Both the position numbers and the translations under genes were made by a program. A stretch of 64,000 bases of DNA from Takakia lepidozioides (lineage: Eukaryota; Plantae; Bryophyta). Below, piece after piece: positions 12,101 to 24,975 of the stretch (position 1 is its first letter; every line of letters begins with the position of its first letter). Location: contig CM060734.1 of NCBI GenBank assembly GCA_030704615.1, positions 38,502,001-38,566,000 on the forward strand. Direction: 5' to 3'. The notes under the pieces are model-generated. The model made no database searches. It was not told the DNA's origin and saw nothing but the letters and a program-made list of their open reading frames with translations.

Positions 12101-15100
12101 GAGAATTTTTTTTCACGTTCACAAGGGCCCCCAAGGACCCATGAGAAAAATTTCAACAACAAAAAACTCAATCAAATGCACCTAAGATCCCCCACACTAA
12201 GTGTGTTAGAGGATTTCTGAGAGAAAGTATGCACTTCCCTGAGCGAGAGAGGGATCATGTACTCATAAGATGTGAAAGAGAGACATATACAAAGGGAGAA
12301 ATAGAGGAGAAGACAAGACAAAAGTTACAGACCTCTGTAACCGAGTTCTGATTGACGTTCTTCCTAGAGATAAGTTTGACAGATGGATTTGGCGCGTCAG
12401 TAAAATAACCTCGAAACTTGCGCTTACAGAACCGTTCAAAATCAACCAGGGTGAGTGCACGCCGTTGCATTTCCTTGTTTTCTTCTTGCTTCGTCTCCAC
12501 CTGCATCAGAACGTTACGCAGAGATTGCTGACATTGCCGGTTCTTTCTCAATGCATCTGCAACTACCCTCACATTTTCCGGGAGCTCCCTCTCCTGCACA
12601 GATGGGTCCTCAGCGCCTCCCTTATTCGGCGATGCCGTTTCCTCCCCCAGCCCTGTACCAGAATGTAACACTGAGAGTTTGGCCTAAAACCTGCACTCTT
12701 AAGTTAGGAAAAGAGCAGTACTTCCTTAAGGGATATAGCAAGGCTGGGCTTCAAATTTGAGACATTATATGATGATTATTGCTGCAGCAACAATTTGTTC
12801 AAACAGTGGAGTTGGTTGAAACACCTTCTCTAGAATCCCATATTTCAAAGACTTTGGCTAAATTGGCCTTGGGATGAAGTTGAAAATGAGGTCTAAGACC
12901 TAGAAACCATAACTTGACTGCCTAAGCTCTAGACAAGACAAAAGAGTGTTTTCAGTTCTACCAACTGTGAAAGCACTGCAATTATGAACAGTCTGCAGGT
13001 TCCACAATGAGAACGCCTACATATATATGAGCTCCCTCCTCAACCCTACCATTGAGTGCACCAAATCTGAGTTAACGGTTCACCTTGCAAATTATCCTCC
13101 AAATTGGCATCAAACTCAGCATCTCCATTCCACTGAGCAGGAAGAAAGCTTGTGAGTGAAGCTGTAGCATCCATGGCAAGGGGGATTCTATCTTCGTTTT
13201 CGTCAGTAGAGTTGTTGTTGCATTCAGGAAGAGCCTCTGCCTCTTTTTTGCCAAACGTGACTTGCTCATCTGTCCCCACCTTAAAGCACATTTCAATACA
13301 ATTTTACAGCACAGATATGCACGGTCCACTATGAATCACTATGGGTGATACTACCAACAGCTGTTCAATTTTTCTCCCCCTCCCTCTCTCCGCCCTATTC
13401 TAGTACCATGACTGGCAGTGCAACTACAGTCACTTTTGTCACTGTAAAAGGTGGCCACAGTAGCAGTGTTAATCTATCCCCATGATTTCTGTCAATGGCT
13501 GCCACTATCTAAACTTGATTTCCTATGGACAAATTCTCCTTGGCCACATGTGAGCACTGTGGCAATTTCGGGCTGACTTGCCATCCCTGCTAGGTCAATT
13601 CATAGACGACTTCCAAGGAAGGTAGTATTGTGAGGGGCAGGGGCAAGCCATAACTGACATTGGGAAAGAACCATCAATCAGCACATCTCAAGTAACTTCC
13701 CTATGTCAACCCTTATGTTCACACTCAATCATGGATGGTAACCCTGGTTGTTGGGAGCTCAGCCATGTCAGGCGAAAACCCCACAACTGGCATTAGTAAC
13801 CAGAATGGACTATGCCCTTAGCTCATTCACAGGCCACTGGATCTCAATCTCTCCCTCTCTCTCTCTGGTCACAAGGCTGCTGCAGGCACACTCTACAGAA
13901 GTACAGTATCATCTTGAAAACCGAAGCCTATCAAATGGTGTTGTACCAGAAATGGCAAGTTATTGATGATGATATATCCCTCTCTTACTTCCTCATTTTC
14001 TTTCTTTCTCAGTTCCGCCCATGGTCTATATGGCCACAAGGCTACAGCAAACAACATCTCATGAGAACAGTCTCTTTCTTTCTAAGAGGCAAGGTTTGAA
14101 GTTAGTGACAGTCCTTTTCCACACAAATAAAAACCTGTGTAATAACATACAGTATCTGTGAGAGAAAATAAAAGCAAGTACCTTGCAAATCAAGGTCACT
14201 TGCAGCAAGGATTGGCTCAGGCTCATCATTGGCACCGTCAATCTCTGGGCCACCATTTCTGTCTGCGCCCTTGCTTTGAACCTTTTCAAAGTTCATCTTC
14301 GAAACTCTTGCAGCCTTGGTAAGATCCAGGGCCCCATAAATCTTTTCAACTGACCGTAAAACCTCATCATCATCATCCTCTTCTTCCTCCTCGGCAGGCA
14401 TGCTGGCCATGAGGTCTTCAGTAGTCCCCAAGCCATCAAAAGCACTTGATCGATCATGTGACAGGGGATCAGAGCTGGACAATCTCTTCTCAATAGAAAG
14501 CAGAAGTGCTTCATCATCATCCTCATCTTCATCCTCATAGTTGAGAGTCGCTGTGCCTCTGGAACCAAAGCTTGCATCCCCACCTCGGCTGTCATTCACC
14601 TAGACAGCAAACACACAATCTATGCGCGATGAATCACAGAAATAACATGCCATGAAACAGTGATCAACTTGGTTAAACTGACCCCAAAAACATCATGAAC
14701 ACCCTTGAAACCTTTTCAAAAAGGTTTTCAGTCATCTCTCAGAATATGCCACAGCTAAAAGTGTTACAAAAACACAAGTCTTGCTCACATTGAACCTGTT
14801 TTGATACAGTTGTAATCACGGGGATGCTTCACTCTCATATTTCCAGTACTGGAGGTTTGAAACATGAGCCATGACCCCCTCTGAATGGCTACTCCAGGAA
14901 ATTCCATTTTCACATGTTAGGATACATGCCTCAGAGTACACATGCAGAACATTTCGGAGCACCATTATTCAAATGACCAGAATATTCCAATATAATCATC
15001 TAGATGCATCAGGGCTCCTAAAAAAGATCCCACCGCCAGGTAGAGACTAACTCTTCCATACGAAGATTTGCTACGACAAAGCCTTGAGAGAATACCCCTC

Positions 15101-15139
15101 CCAGAATACACTACACCTCCCCTTCTAATCTATAAACAC

Positions 15140-15218
<79 letters not shown>

Positions 15219-15365
15219 GATTAATCAAAGAATGCTAGTACATACATGCATCTGACAGGCACGTTTCAATGCGTGCATCTGATTCTGAAAATCTTCATCG
15301 AACCCTTCTTCCTCTTCCTCCTCGTCCTCATCATCGCTGTGATATGGGGCAAGGTTGGGCGCCAT
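6190..15365 (-). CDS. MYB4R1: snRNA-activating protein complex subunit 4-like 4R-MYB protein (multi-exon)
   Basis: exon 1 15246-15365 MAPNLAPYHSDDEDEEEEEEGFDEDFQNQMHALKRACQMH; acidic exon about 14185-14599; coiled exon about 12330-12670; MYB-repeat exons at about 11405-11690, 10195-10510 (WINKEDPLVNNGPWTKAEDKKL...WTPEEDAQL), 9405-9562 (GRWQLEEDMRL...GRTDIQCRER) and 8748-8901 (WCNVLDPSI...WTPKENKQL); low-complexity C-terminal exons to the stop at 6190 (3' end less certain). Confidence 0.85.
7590..7737 (-). repeat. 72-bp in-frame tandem duplication in a MYB4R1 C-terminal exon
   Basis: LVPRRCKKAAQVTATVCRPSLNKE / LVPRRCKKVAQATATVCRPSLNEQE. Confidence 0.85.
8981..9313 (+). mobile_element. 5'-truncated RTE-X-like non-LTR retrotransposon (intronic)
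   Basis: ORF end [29 protein letters not shown] (CxxC...HxxxxC knuckle); 3' end TTATAAAGCAC(CATTT)n; TSD TCTGTCT (8974-8980, 9314-9320). Confidence 0.8.
9770..9950 (-). mobile_element. older, diverged RTE-X-like fragment
   Basis: encodes [10 protein letters not shown] and shares GAAATTGAAACTGAAGAACA with the copies at 8981 and 28261. Confidence 0.6.
15143..15213. repeat. (AG)n microsatellite in a MYB4R1 intron
   Basis: about 35 perfect AG units. Confidence 0.95.
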
Positions 15366-15575
15366 GTCTCTAAATTGTCTTGTCTCCGATTGGGAGGTAT
15401 ATCATCCCCTGTCCGATTCATGAGATATAACTCGACTCCTCTCGCAGAACGAATGCATGGCCACCTTCTCAGAATCAGGGATCATGGTTCTTTCTCCTTG
15501 GGATTGATGGTTCTTGGTCATCATCATTGGCACCTGATAAACCTCCCTCCCTCCCTCCCTCTCTCTCTCTCTCTG

Positions 15576-15592
15576 AAGCACCATTTCATTTC
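15576..15592 (+). mobile_element. ultra-short RTE-X-like 3'-end insertion
   Basis: AAGCACCATTTCATTTC is identical to the family 3' end; flanked by TCTCTG on both sides. Confidence 0.5.
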
Positions 15593-16321
15593 TTTCTCTG
15601 AGTGCATCAAAATCTCTCTCTCAATTGCGTAAAACTAGTACGACAAATCTCAGGAGAGCATTCATCGAAGACTATTATCGTTCTGCATTCAAAGAACACC
15701 GCGCATCATCCTCTCTCCCACATACTCCACCCGGAAATCCGAATTTCACTTCGGATTATTCAAGTCAGAGCAAAGCAGTGAGGGCAGAGTTCCGTTATCG
15801 AGGATTCTCTAGGAATAGACGTCTTACTGCTTCTCTCATACATGCCCTTATACATTCTCAGGATTGAATGACAGAACCGCAAAGCAAGTAGCCATCGATC
15901 TTTAGTAGCTACTTTATCCAATACAGATACTTCTGATTTCTGCCCGGAAATCGAAGCTTATTGTACAAATCTCTGTAGAAGTATTGGGATCATACTATCA
16001 TGTACGTGGGATATGTTCAGTGCAGCATCCACCCATCTCATCGCGGCTCCCACGCCGCTCGGGATTCCCTACAAGCTTCCTCAAAACCTCTTTCCCGCTC
16101 CAGCACAGATGGAAATTGAGGAGCAGCAAGGCCGACGGGTTCAAAAACATGTCGAGGATGTAGAACCCCACGGCTTGACACCAGCCACGACCCGCCATTG
16201 CCAGCGTCGCATCTACAAATCCATCACCGTTTATCCAGCAACTTCCCACTCAACATTTGAACTCTCTCGAACTTGTGGAAAAACCTTAACAGCTCCCTGG
16301 ATCGAGGGATCGAAGGTTTAG

Positions 16322-16330
16322 TTAGGGTTT
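16322..16330 (-). promoter_or_regulatory. telo-box upstream of MYB4R1
   Basis: AAACCCTAA on the minus strand near the likely 5' end of the gene. Confidence 0.4.
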
Positions 16331-17253
16331 AGCATGGCGTCGCTTGTATTAGGGTGCTGGAGGTGGCTGATTGAGTAATGGCTCCTCCTCTGTGAATGAA
16401 GAGATGTACTTTCGTCCATAATTAGTTGAACTACAATACAAATTTTATAGTCCCTGCCTTTAAGTTAAGCAAAGGGTTTTGATGCTAGGGACCGATACTC
16501 GCGATGAAGTTTCGAATTAGGTCAAGACAAGTGTAGAAGGAGTATTTCATCCTTATGCATGAATGAATGAAATCCTTGGATGAATAATTTTATGCATGTG
16601 TGACAGGTTGTGCTGAGTATGGTAGGGCTTGCATGTATTCTATGCATTTTATTTTATTTTTTATTTTAATTTTGAAAAAGGCCCAAGATAGGCCGAAAAG
16701 AGAGAGAGAGAATGTTCGCTCAGTTTGAGGGGAACACAAAGGAACATAAATTACCTTTGTCAAAGGGCTAACGCCAGTAGTATGACTTGCCTTGGAACAG
16801 ACAGCTGATCCGAGTTTTCCATATATCCTCTAAAAATCCCTTCACACAAGCATCAATCTGTTGTGTGTGGTTTGTCCAATAACGAAGAACAACCAGTATT
16901 CTTGCTCACGTAAGTCAACATTCCGCCGCTTACAATCAGCAATCCCCCTTCGTTATATGTCTATATTATGTTCAGAGGACGTCTTTGTTGCTGATTTAGG
17001 CAGACATTGTTTCAAAAGTTTGTTTCACCAAGGCGATTTGTAAATCCTGATTAGGTGCGACAATTGAAGCGCTTTCTCTCTCTGTTCAGATGATCTAAGA
17101 CACAAGCTCTCAGGGGGTGTGTCATTCCGCAATGCTTTGCATATAGTGGAAGCAAAGAGTAAACAGTCTTTTCAGTGACACTCGACCTACGAGTTCAAAT
17201 TAGAGTCAACGTCCTCCTAATCTGGATGTACTGAATAGTAACACCCTGAATAG

Positions 17254-17643
17254 AATATCCAGCCTTTCTTCGGAGGAGGCACTCGAACTTCCTCTGAGAT
17301 TGAGTTCGCCAACGATGACTTTCTGTTGAAAACGTCTGACTTCCTCTGGGCACACTCTCTCCCACAAGGTGCAACTAGAAACCACCCCTGCTCCAATCCC
17401 ATGGGCCCAGACTCCCCAGAAATAAGCACTGTTGACTTACCTCCCTCCCTTGTTCTTGTGAGTGGGCAAGATTTGTTGCGCGACCGGCAGCTCGAGTACG
17501 TTGAGATGCTAAAAATGGCACGCAAGAGTGTTCGGATGCTGTACTACGAAGCTGCCGACCATAGTCTTCTTTTCAGCGCGACAAAGGAGACAGAACTTGC
17601 ATTCAAGGACGTAATGCTTTATTTGAAGCAGATAAATGAGTGA
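17254..17643 (+). pseudogene. 5'-truncated carboxylesterase (CXE/GID1-like alpha/beta hydrolase) fragment
   Basis: IQPFFGGGTRTSSE...FLWAHSLPQGATRNHPCSNP...LPPSLVLVSGQDLLRDRQLEYVEML...ADHS; in-frame TAG just upstream; no HGG or GDSAG N-terminal half seen. Confidence 0.75.
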
Positions 17644-18130
17644 TGGACACATTGGATTGGACACTGAAACTCTTGATGCCTGAGAATAAACCATCTCCAC
17701 TAGATGAAACTAGGTGTGTCACCAACCGATCTGACTCAGTATACTTCAGACTCCAGACTCATGCAGTACTGTACTGTATGTGTACTGATGAGTACTGTAT
17801 GTGTTCCAAAAATATGGAATGGTGAGGTTCGCATGAATAAGTGTGTACACGAGCTCCATCTTCGTTCCAAGAGATCGGAAAGTGATCGAATGTTCTTGCC
17901 CTGAGTTCTCCGTCGTCCAACGAACGATGCTTGTCCTCCGTCAACTAAACAGCTTAATGTTTGAACGATTGAACCACCCAGGCAAGCCTCAAGTCTTTGA
18001 ATAAGACAATCGAAACCCACAACTGATTCTGGATTGCGATGTACACTTCCATGTTACCTACTCCGAGGTATGCTGCCAGGAGTGAGACGAAGCTCCATTT
18101 TAGGTAGTATTGTGATCTCAGGAGCAAAGA

Positions 18131-18153
18131 TTAGGGTTTTCGGGATAGGGTTT
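18131..18153 (-). promoter_or_regulatory. two telo-boxes upstream of IF2
   Basis: TTAGGGTTT and TAGGGTTT (AAACCCTA on the minus strand), a motif typical of plant translation-machinery promoters. Confidence 0.45.
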
Positions 18154-18355
18154 CGCTATTCTTGTGAGAATTTCTGCATTGGATTGTGAAGCAGCTCTGA
18201 TTGTAGTCTCTTTGGAGGTTCAGTTGTGGGATCTGTAGACTGTATTCTCACTTCCAATGCCCACCCCTGAAGGATGCTTACAAAATCTCTTCCCCTCTCT
18301 CTGCCCATTCCACGGGCTTGGCACTGCAGATTGCTGTTGACGAAAGGAGGGGTGG

Positions 18356-21300
18356 ATGGCAAGAGGGTGGCGCCAAATGCGCGCCTGCTCTCGCCTACTC
18401 GAACCCATTCCACCTTACTCTGAACGACTTTTGGTACAGCTACTGGGTCCTGCATGTCGGTGTTTTTCTTGGAGGACAGGGCAGGCTGTTTGGGGATTCG
18501 GCAATCAATGCTCTAACCAGGGCCTTCAAATTCGCACTCCTTCCCTTAACATACTTGATAGTCCATCTTCAGATCACTTGACTCATTTAGGGAGTGCCCT
18601 ATCCAGCAATCTCTCTGGTGGACCTCCAGTTTATATTTCCAGCCATTGCTCTAGTGATGGATTGTCTATAGTTTCCATTGGACTTTCCCAAAATCTTAAG
18701 AAGAATTCCTCGTCCACTAAGCCAGAAATCCCTACACCTATCGTCACTCGCTTCAGAACTGGGTGTTTTTCTCGTCAATTCAGAAGCACGGCCACTTTGG
18801 AGGCTAAGGCAAAAGTTGGGCCTTCGGGAACTACGGTAGGGTATCGGTGGAAGGGAAAAAAGGGAGCGGGGAAGGGGGATTCGACTGATGGTCTCAAAAG
18901 GCCTGTTGTAGAGACACGGACACCTCCTTCTGACAAAGTGATAGAAATCTTTCATGGAATTACTGTGGGGGAGCTCGCAGGCCGTCTGCAACTAACGCTC
19001 GAGACAGTGCAAGTGGTGTTGGCAGGGCTCGGGGAGCCTGTTTCTGCGGCTTCTCAATCTGTGGCCACCGACACTGCGGAGCTTGTTGCTCTGGTATTCT
19101 CTCGCTTTTTCTCTCTCCGCTGCCCGATGCCTGAAAAGCAACAATTGAGTCTTCGACTAGACCGTCAGTACGGTGCAGTTCCTGCATCAAAAGACTATGG
19201 CGAGCTATCATATGCAGGGGACATTCACCGAGAGCATCTCTCTCTTAGCGCCCAAAGCAGAAAGTGATACAAGATGCATGGTTTATGCCTGTGTAAAACT
19301 CAGAACTGTTCATTCATTGGAAGCACATGGTTCTCTCTCCCCCGCAATCTCTAATGTGGACGTCAGAAAGTTTTGTCTTTCTTCAGTTCCTTTGTGCGAC
19401 CCCCTCTCAATATTTTGCCTGTCTGGTCCCTCTTGATGAAAACGTCCATGCCACAGAAAGCCAGGAAGGTAGATTTCCCCTTTACTAAAGTTTTGGCACT
19501 TGGCAGAGGCGGACAGTCAGTGTTGGTCCGGTTTCACATATTTTACCTTGTAGGTTCCACTTACAGGCATGAATTTTTTTTGGTCACTGTGCTAGTCATG
19601 GAGATTCCTGTAACAGTGGTGCTCACAATATTCATTTGGAGATGTACAGGAATTTGATGTCAGTGTGAAGAAATTGTGGTCTGGCAATGGAAAGCAGAAT
19701 GGAAATGGGGAGGTATTGGTCCCTCGTCCACCAGTGGTTACAGTTATGGGTCACGTGGACCATGGCAAGACGTCACTACTCGATGCACTTCGACAAACCT
19801 CCCTGGCTGCACGTGAAGCAGGAGGGATAACTCAACATTTGGGTGCATTTGTTGTAGCTATGCCTTCGGGAGCTTCTCTTACCTTCCTTGACACGCCAGG
19901 TGTGCAACAGGGTTCCCTGTCCTTTATTTGCAGTATTGCAAAAGTTGCCTATCTCTTTTTGGAGAGGATGCTGACTATACTCAGACAGATAGAGTCGCAA
20001 GGTTTTTAGTTGTAGGGTTTTGTCGCTAGAAGTGTACTCTTTGGACTTTCCTTGCCTAGCCTTAAGGCCATGGACCTTGGCCGGGTTTGCATGGAGGAGA
20101 GGAAACAATAGGCGGCAAGGGAACCAGAGGAGAGCAGACTGAGGGCAACTACGAGAAGAATTGTTAGCTTCAACACTGAAGTTGTAGTGGTTTTACAGGT
20201 TCATTTTCGAGCCCAGAGATTGACCATATCAAACAATGGATGACTTAACCCTTATGGACAATCCCCTGCGGATTTGGGGTTTGAGCCAATGCAGTTTACA
20301 TGAGACCCAAAATAACCATAATAGGACAATCGAGTGTTGATTTACGCACGGGCATTGAACTGAGAGTACACGGCCAGCTTCAATGTTGAAACACAAAGCT
20401 TCAAGAAAGAGCAGTGGGGTTGAGAGAATAGTAGTCTAAGCAGTGACAGGGTTTGCAATGCTACAAAACAACTCGATTTCCTTGAACCCATGCAGGCCAG
20501 TGGGCCTGGCACCTTTGGAGGATGTTGATATCAGGGCTCTTTTGGTTGAATGGTAGGTCATGCGGCATTCAGTGCCATGCGAGCACGGGGGGCAGCTGTC
20601 ACCGATATTGTGGTGCTGGTAGTTGCTGCTGATGATGGGGTCATGCCACAGACTCGGGAGGCGTTGGCCCATGCTCAGGCAGCCAAGGTTCCAATTGTGG
20701 TTGCCATCAACAAGTGTGATAGAGAGGAAGCTGATCCTCCTAAGGTCCGGAAGCAATTAGCTGTAGAGGGCCTGGAGCTGGAAGAAATCGGGGGTGATGT
20801 CCAGGTCAGTCCCTTATATTATCATCTTTGCTTTCTCACTGATTGTGCCTCAAGACATAATATTGCCTCAGTCCTGGTGGTACGAACTTTTCTGAACCAG
20901 TAGGGGTACGCGAAGTTGGGAAGGTTGGACGGAGGATGAGGATGACATATTGTTACACTGCGTCCTCCAAACTGTAAATGAGTCACTTGTATGTGCAGGT
21001 AGTGGAAGTTTCTGCAACAAAAAGAATGGGTTTGGACAAGCTAGAAGAGGCTCTTTTACTACAAGCAGAACTGATGGAGCTGCGGGCACGTGTCCGTGAT
21101 GAACCTCATGCAGTTGTGGCTGAAGCGCGAGTGGACCGTGGCCAGGGGCCCCTGGCAACTGTTATAGTCAGATCAGGAACCTTGGTTCCTGGTTTGAACA
21201 TTGTGGTGGGAACACAGTGGGGTCGAATCAGGGCCCTGCGTGATATGCTTGGGCGGCAGGTGACATCAGCTGGACCATCAACACCGGTTGAAATTGATGG

Positions 21301-22894
21301 GCTACGTGGCCTTCCGGAAGCTGGGGATGAAGTACAGGTTGTTGCAAGCGAGGATAGAGCCAGGAAGCTAAGCCAGGGGCGGTACTGTCGGATGGAAGAG
21401 AGACGATATTGGCAGTTGAAGGAACGTAGTGTTGCCGCTGCTGCACCAGTTGCACAAGAAGGAACAGAAGATGCAGAGGCTGAGAAAGTGGAGATGACGG
21501 TGGTAGTGAAGGCTGATGTGCAGGGGACTGCACAGGCAGTGAGTCAGGCACTCGAAAGTCTTAGTAGCCCTCAGGTACTTTAAAGAGTTCCACCTATTGG
21601 GTTGAGTTCCACCTATTCATTTTCTGGTCAGGTGTGCACCGTGCTGTGGCCCACTTGTCTATGTTGTTTGCCTGTGTTTGACATGTGAACAGGGGGAGAT
21701 TCAGGTATCAAAGGGCTGCCCCACCTACTCTATCTTTTTCTGTCTTCCTCAGAGCTTCCATTTGCATACCTTTGATGGCAGAAGACAACCTGCTGGACTT
21801 CTCTTGAGTTGAGATGCCAGAGCATGATCCTACTTAATTTCTTGTATGTTTAAACAGGTGGCAGTGAATATAGTGCATGCAGGGGTGGGTCCAGTATCTC
21901 AATCAGATGTTGATCTGGCGGAAGCTTGCGGAGCTTGTGTTGTAGGCTTCAACGTTCGATGTATGGCAGCTGCAGTTGATGCAGCTGCCCGCCGTGCCAA
22001 AATCAAGGTGATTACCTTGTCTTGATCTATACATCTCTTGCTTTGCTAGAAGAAATATGTCTATGCTTTGACAAGTGAATGCGTGTTTTTCATATCTGCA
22101 AGACCCACTCTGGTGCATCTTGGAAAATCAAGGTGATTTGACTTCAATGGGCCACAAAGAGCTGGTGTTTGTGTGTGCGTGTGTTTCTCTAGTGGTAGTT
22201 ACCGGAGTCTTCATTCTCGCAGTTTGAAAACCCAATGTGTCAGAAAAGGTTGCCCATCTCTTTAGCCAGGCATGTGGTTGTTGTCCATGTGCTGCATAAT
22301 ACCCAGGAATAACCTTTTTATTTGGAGCAGATACGGCAGCACCGCGTCATTTATCATCTGCTGGAGGATATTGGCTCCCTCATTGTGGGCATGGCACCAG
22401 GGACAAAGGAAACACAAGTGGCAGGCCAAGCTGAGGTACATGCAAACTGAACTTTTGTTTTGGTTTCAAGTTGAGTTTTGAACAATAGGAGGTCGATGAG
22501 ATTGAAAGTATTTGAAACATTTTGCTGTATTTAACACTCTTGTTTTTCAAATGTTTCTTTCCAGGTGCTCACTGTGTTTGAATTGAAAGGAAAAGGTCGG
22601 GAGGGAAAAGGTGCAACCAAGATTGCGGGCTGTCGGGTTGTCGACGGGCGCCTACATCGTGATTCACGAATCAGGGTTTTGCGGAGTGGGGATGTCATGT
22701 TTGAAGGAATGTGCCAATCGTTGAAGAGAGAGAAGCTCGATGTTGACACAGTGGGCAAGGGAATTGAATGTGGTATGATCGTTCAAGACTGGGTTGATTT
22801 TCGGGTCGGTGATGTGGTCCAGTGTATCGAAGACATCCGGCGAATGCCAAAATATGTCTCCTCACAAAATGGTGCTGCACGTATTGAGTGTTAG
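18356..22894 (+). CDS. organellar (probably mitochondrial) translation initiation factor IF-2
   Basis: exons about 18356-19093, 19650-19899 ([20 protein letters not shown]...GGITQH...FLDTPG), 20557-20804 ([12 protein letters not shown]...INKCD), 20999-21574, 21858-22008, 22331-22435 and 22565-22894; Arg/Ser-rich N-terminal targeting peptide. Confidence 0.93.
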
Positions 22895-24975
22895 TTATTC
22901 ACAACTGTATCATGGAGGGAGAATGGCATCGAAAGTCCTCTGGCTTGCCATTGCCTTTGCACTCTCAGGCTGTTTTGCATCCATACCTGGTTGTTGGATT
23001 TCATCCTCAGACCATCAGGCTGAAGTACAAGGTGGTTGGTAGGGGGCCTCAGTGGACAGAGGGTTAAAGCTCATGCAAGCAATGCTGTGGAGCTTAGTGT
23101 AGACTAACCTGAAATAGAGCAAAATCAGGGGTTGAAAGGTATGAGTAGACCACCAAAACCCTTGGTTTTAAGATACAGAGAGTTTTCAGAAAGTTGATAC
23201 AGGTGGTGTCCATTGAGGACATCAGCTTATACGAAGAATTTTGACCGCATAATTGTCTTCACAAACTGAGCCTAGTTGGAGAGCCGATAAAAGATCCAGG
23301 CTGAAAGGCCAGGGGAGAGAGGGCCGCAGGGCGCCAGCTCTCTGCCCATGAATGCAGAGGGCGAAGCAAAAAAAATAGTTTTCTTGCTGCTGCTGCGCCC
23401 CTTCTTGGACCTCTTCAGCTTTCTGGGCTCCTAGTCTCGCCAGCATCGTGGTGTTTCCGCAATGAGCTCGTCTCTCTGCTTTCGATATAGCGACAGTTTT
23501 ATTGTACTCTGGGTCCGGTTGCCAGTTAGCATTGAAGCATTTTAGGTCCGATTTATTGTTGTATTGAACTACATTTGATAGCCTCATTGTTTTCCGGGAT
23601 GTCCGAGGAGGCATCCAAAGGAACTGGATGGCCCCACATACAGGGTGAAGTATTGTGATGTAAGACTTGTTCAACTTATTGGTGAGTATGCATGTGGATC
23701 ACTTGATTTACTTGGGACTTTGGTCGACAGAGTTTCAGATGGAGGCTCAGCTTTGCCTTGTGGCTATAGACCCTCCATACTGGACTCTTGCGGCAGGAAA
23801 GACTTAACTTGTCCCAGGTTGCTCGGTCATGTTAAATGTGTAAGAGGTCGTCACTTTTCAAGTGTGAAAAATCCCTTCTCTCTATGTCTCTTGTCTTCTT
23901 GAAGGGTCCACATGGATGTCTCTCCCAATTATCTGCATCCGTGTGGCGCGCACCAGTAAGATATATCACAAGGAGCTAAGCACAACCACTGGGCAGTTGC
24001 ATACTTTCAGCCCAAATCTTCATAGTGTACAATGCATTGCGCTTGGCAGCCTTTGATTGATTGATCCTCAGCGAATTCGACACAACTGACAAGCAAAATC
24101 CAGGAAGGTGTGCCTGACCTTACCCACTGGACCAGACAAAGTTGACCAGCTAAGTACATCGCTGTGCCAGCGACACCTGCTACACTAGACGTCAAGAACT
24201 GTGGGTCCACTTCGTGTTCTTGTTCTTGCAGCGGAACACAACTCGAGGCTACATAAAGCCAAACGTCCTTGGGGTGGAACCAGCCCGGCACTATCGTGTT
24301 TGCACAGGACACGCACGGCCCTGTTCTGGTCTAGAATCTTCTTGCGTTACTTACGATACTCCGATCTACCATGTATGTCTACTTCTCTCTCTTTGGGGCC
24401 CGTGGACATGAGAAAGAGAGAGTCTAACGTCCAGCGATTCAACTTCAGAAAATTATTTCTTTTTCTCTGAGCTATCTGTATGTCATGTTCTTTTCTCTCG
24501 GAGTAAGTCTGTTTCAACTTAGGTGGCATAATCGTCTCTTTGTTAATTGAGAGGCGTGGGGGAGGGGTGTATATGCCTCAAAGCTTCCCTCCCTACAGTA
24601 GTATCTCTCTATCAGAGTGTGGTATGATAATATATCGTCAAGAAAATTTTCCTTCTCACGTGGAATTCTACTGTTCTTTCGCTCCTGCTTTCCCTGCGAG
24701 AGAGTAATTTAAATCGCGTCCAGTGTGACAATTTGACTCTGGAGTGCAGATAACAATATGCAGCATGCAAGTCATTCATAAGCACGTCTGACGAATGCTC
24801 GACATATCACAGCAAACCGCGAACAGCGAAAATTGTAGAAAGCAAGCTGTAATTTCTGTAAGCAAAGCTTACCGGAACAGTACTTGCAGCAATTGCAATT
24901 ACCTACCAGAAATTTCCCACCGAAACAGCACTTGCAGCTTTGGGACTGACACTGTCAACAAATTGAAGGCAAGAA

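Noticed and set aside
17780-17860. CTGATGAG as a hammerhead ribozyme core
   Set aside because: No properly placed GAAA or flanking stems; the motif lies in a GTACTG micro-repeat
23222-24312. Minus-strand ORFs of 150 and 101 aa between IF2 and DGK
   Set aside because: No recognisable domain or coherent exon structure; cannot be supported as a gene without a search
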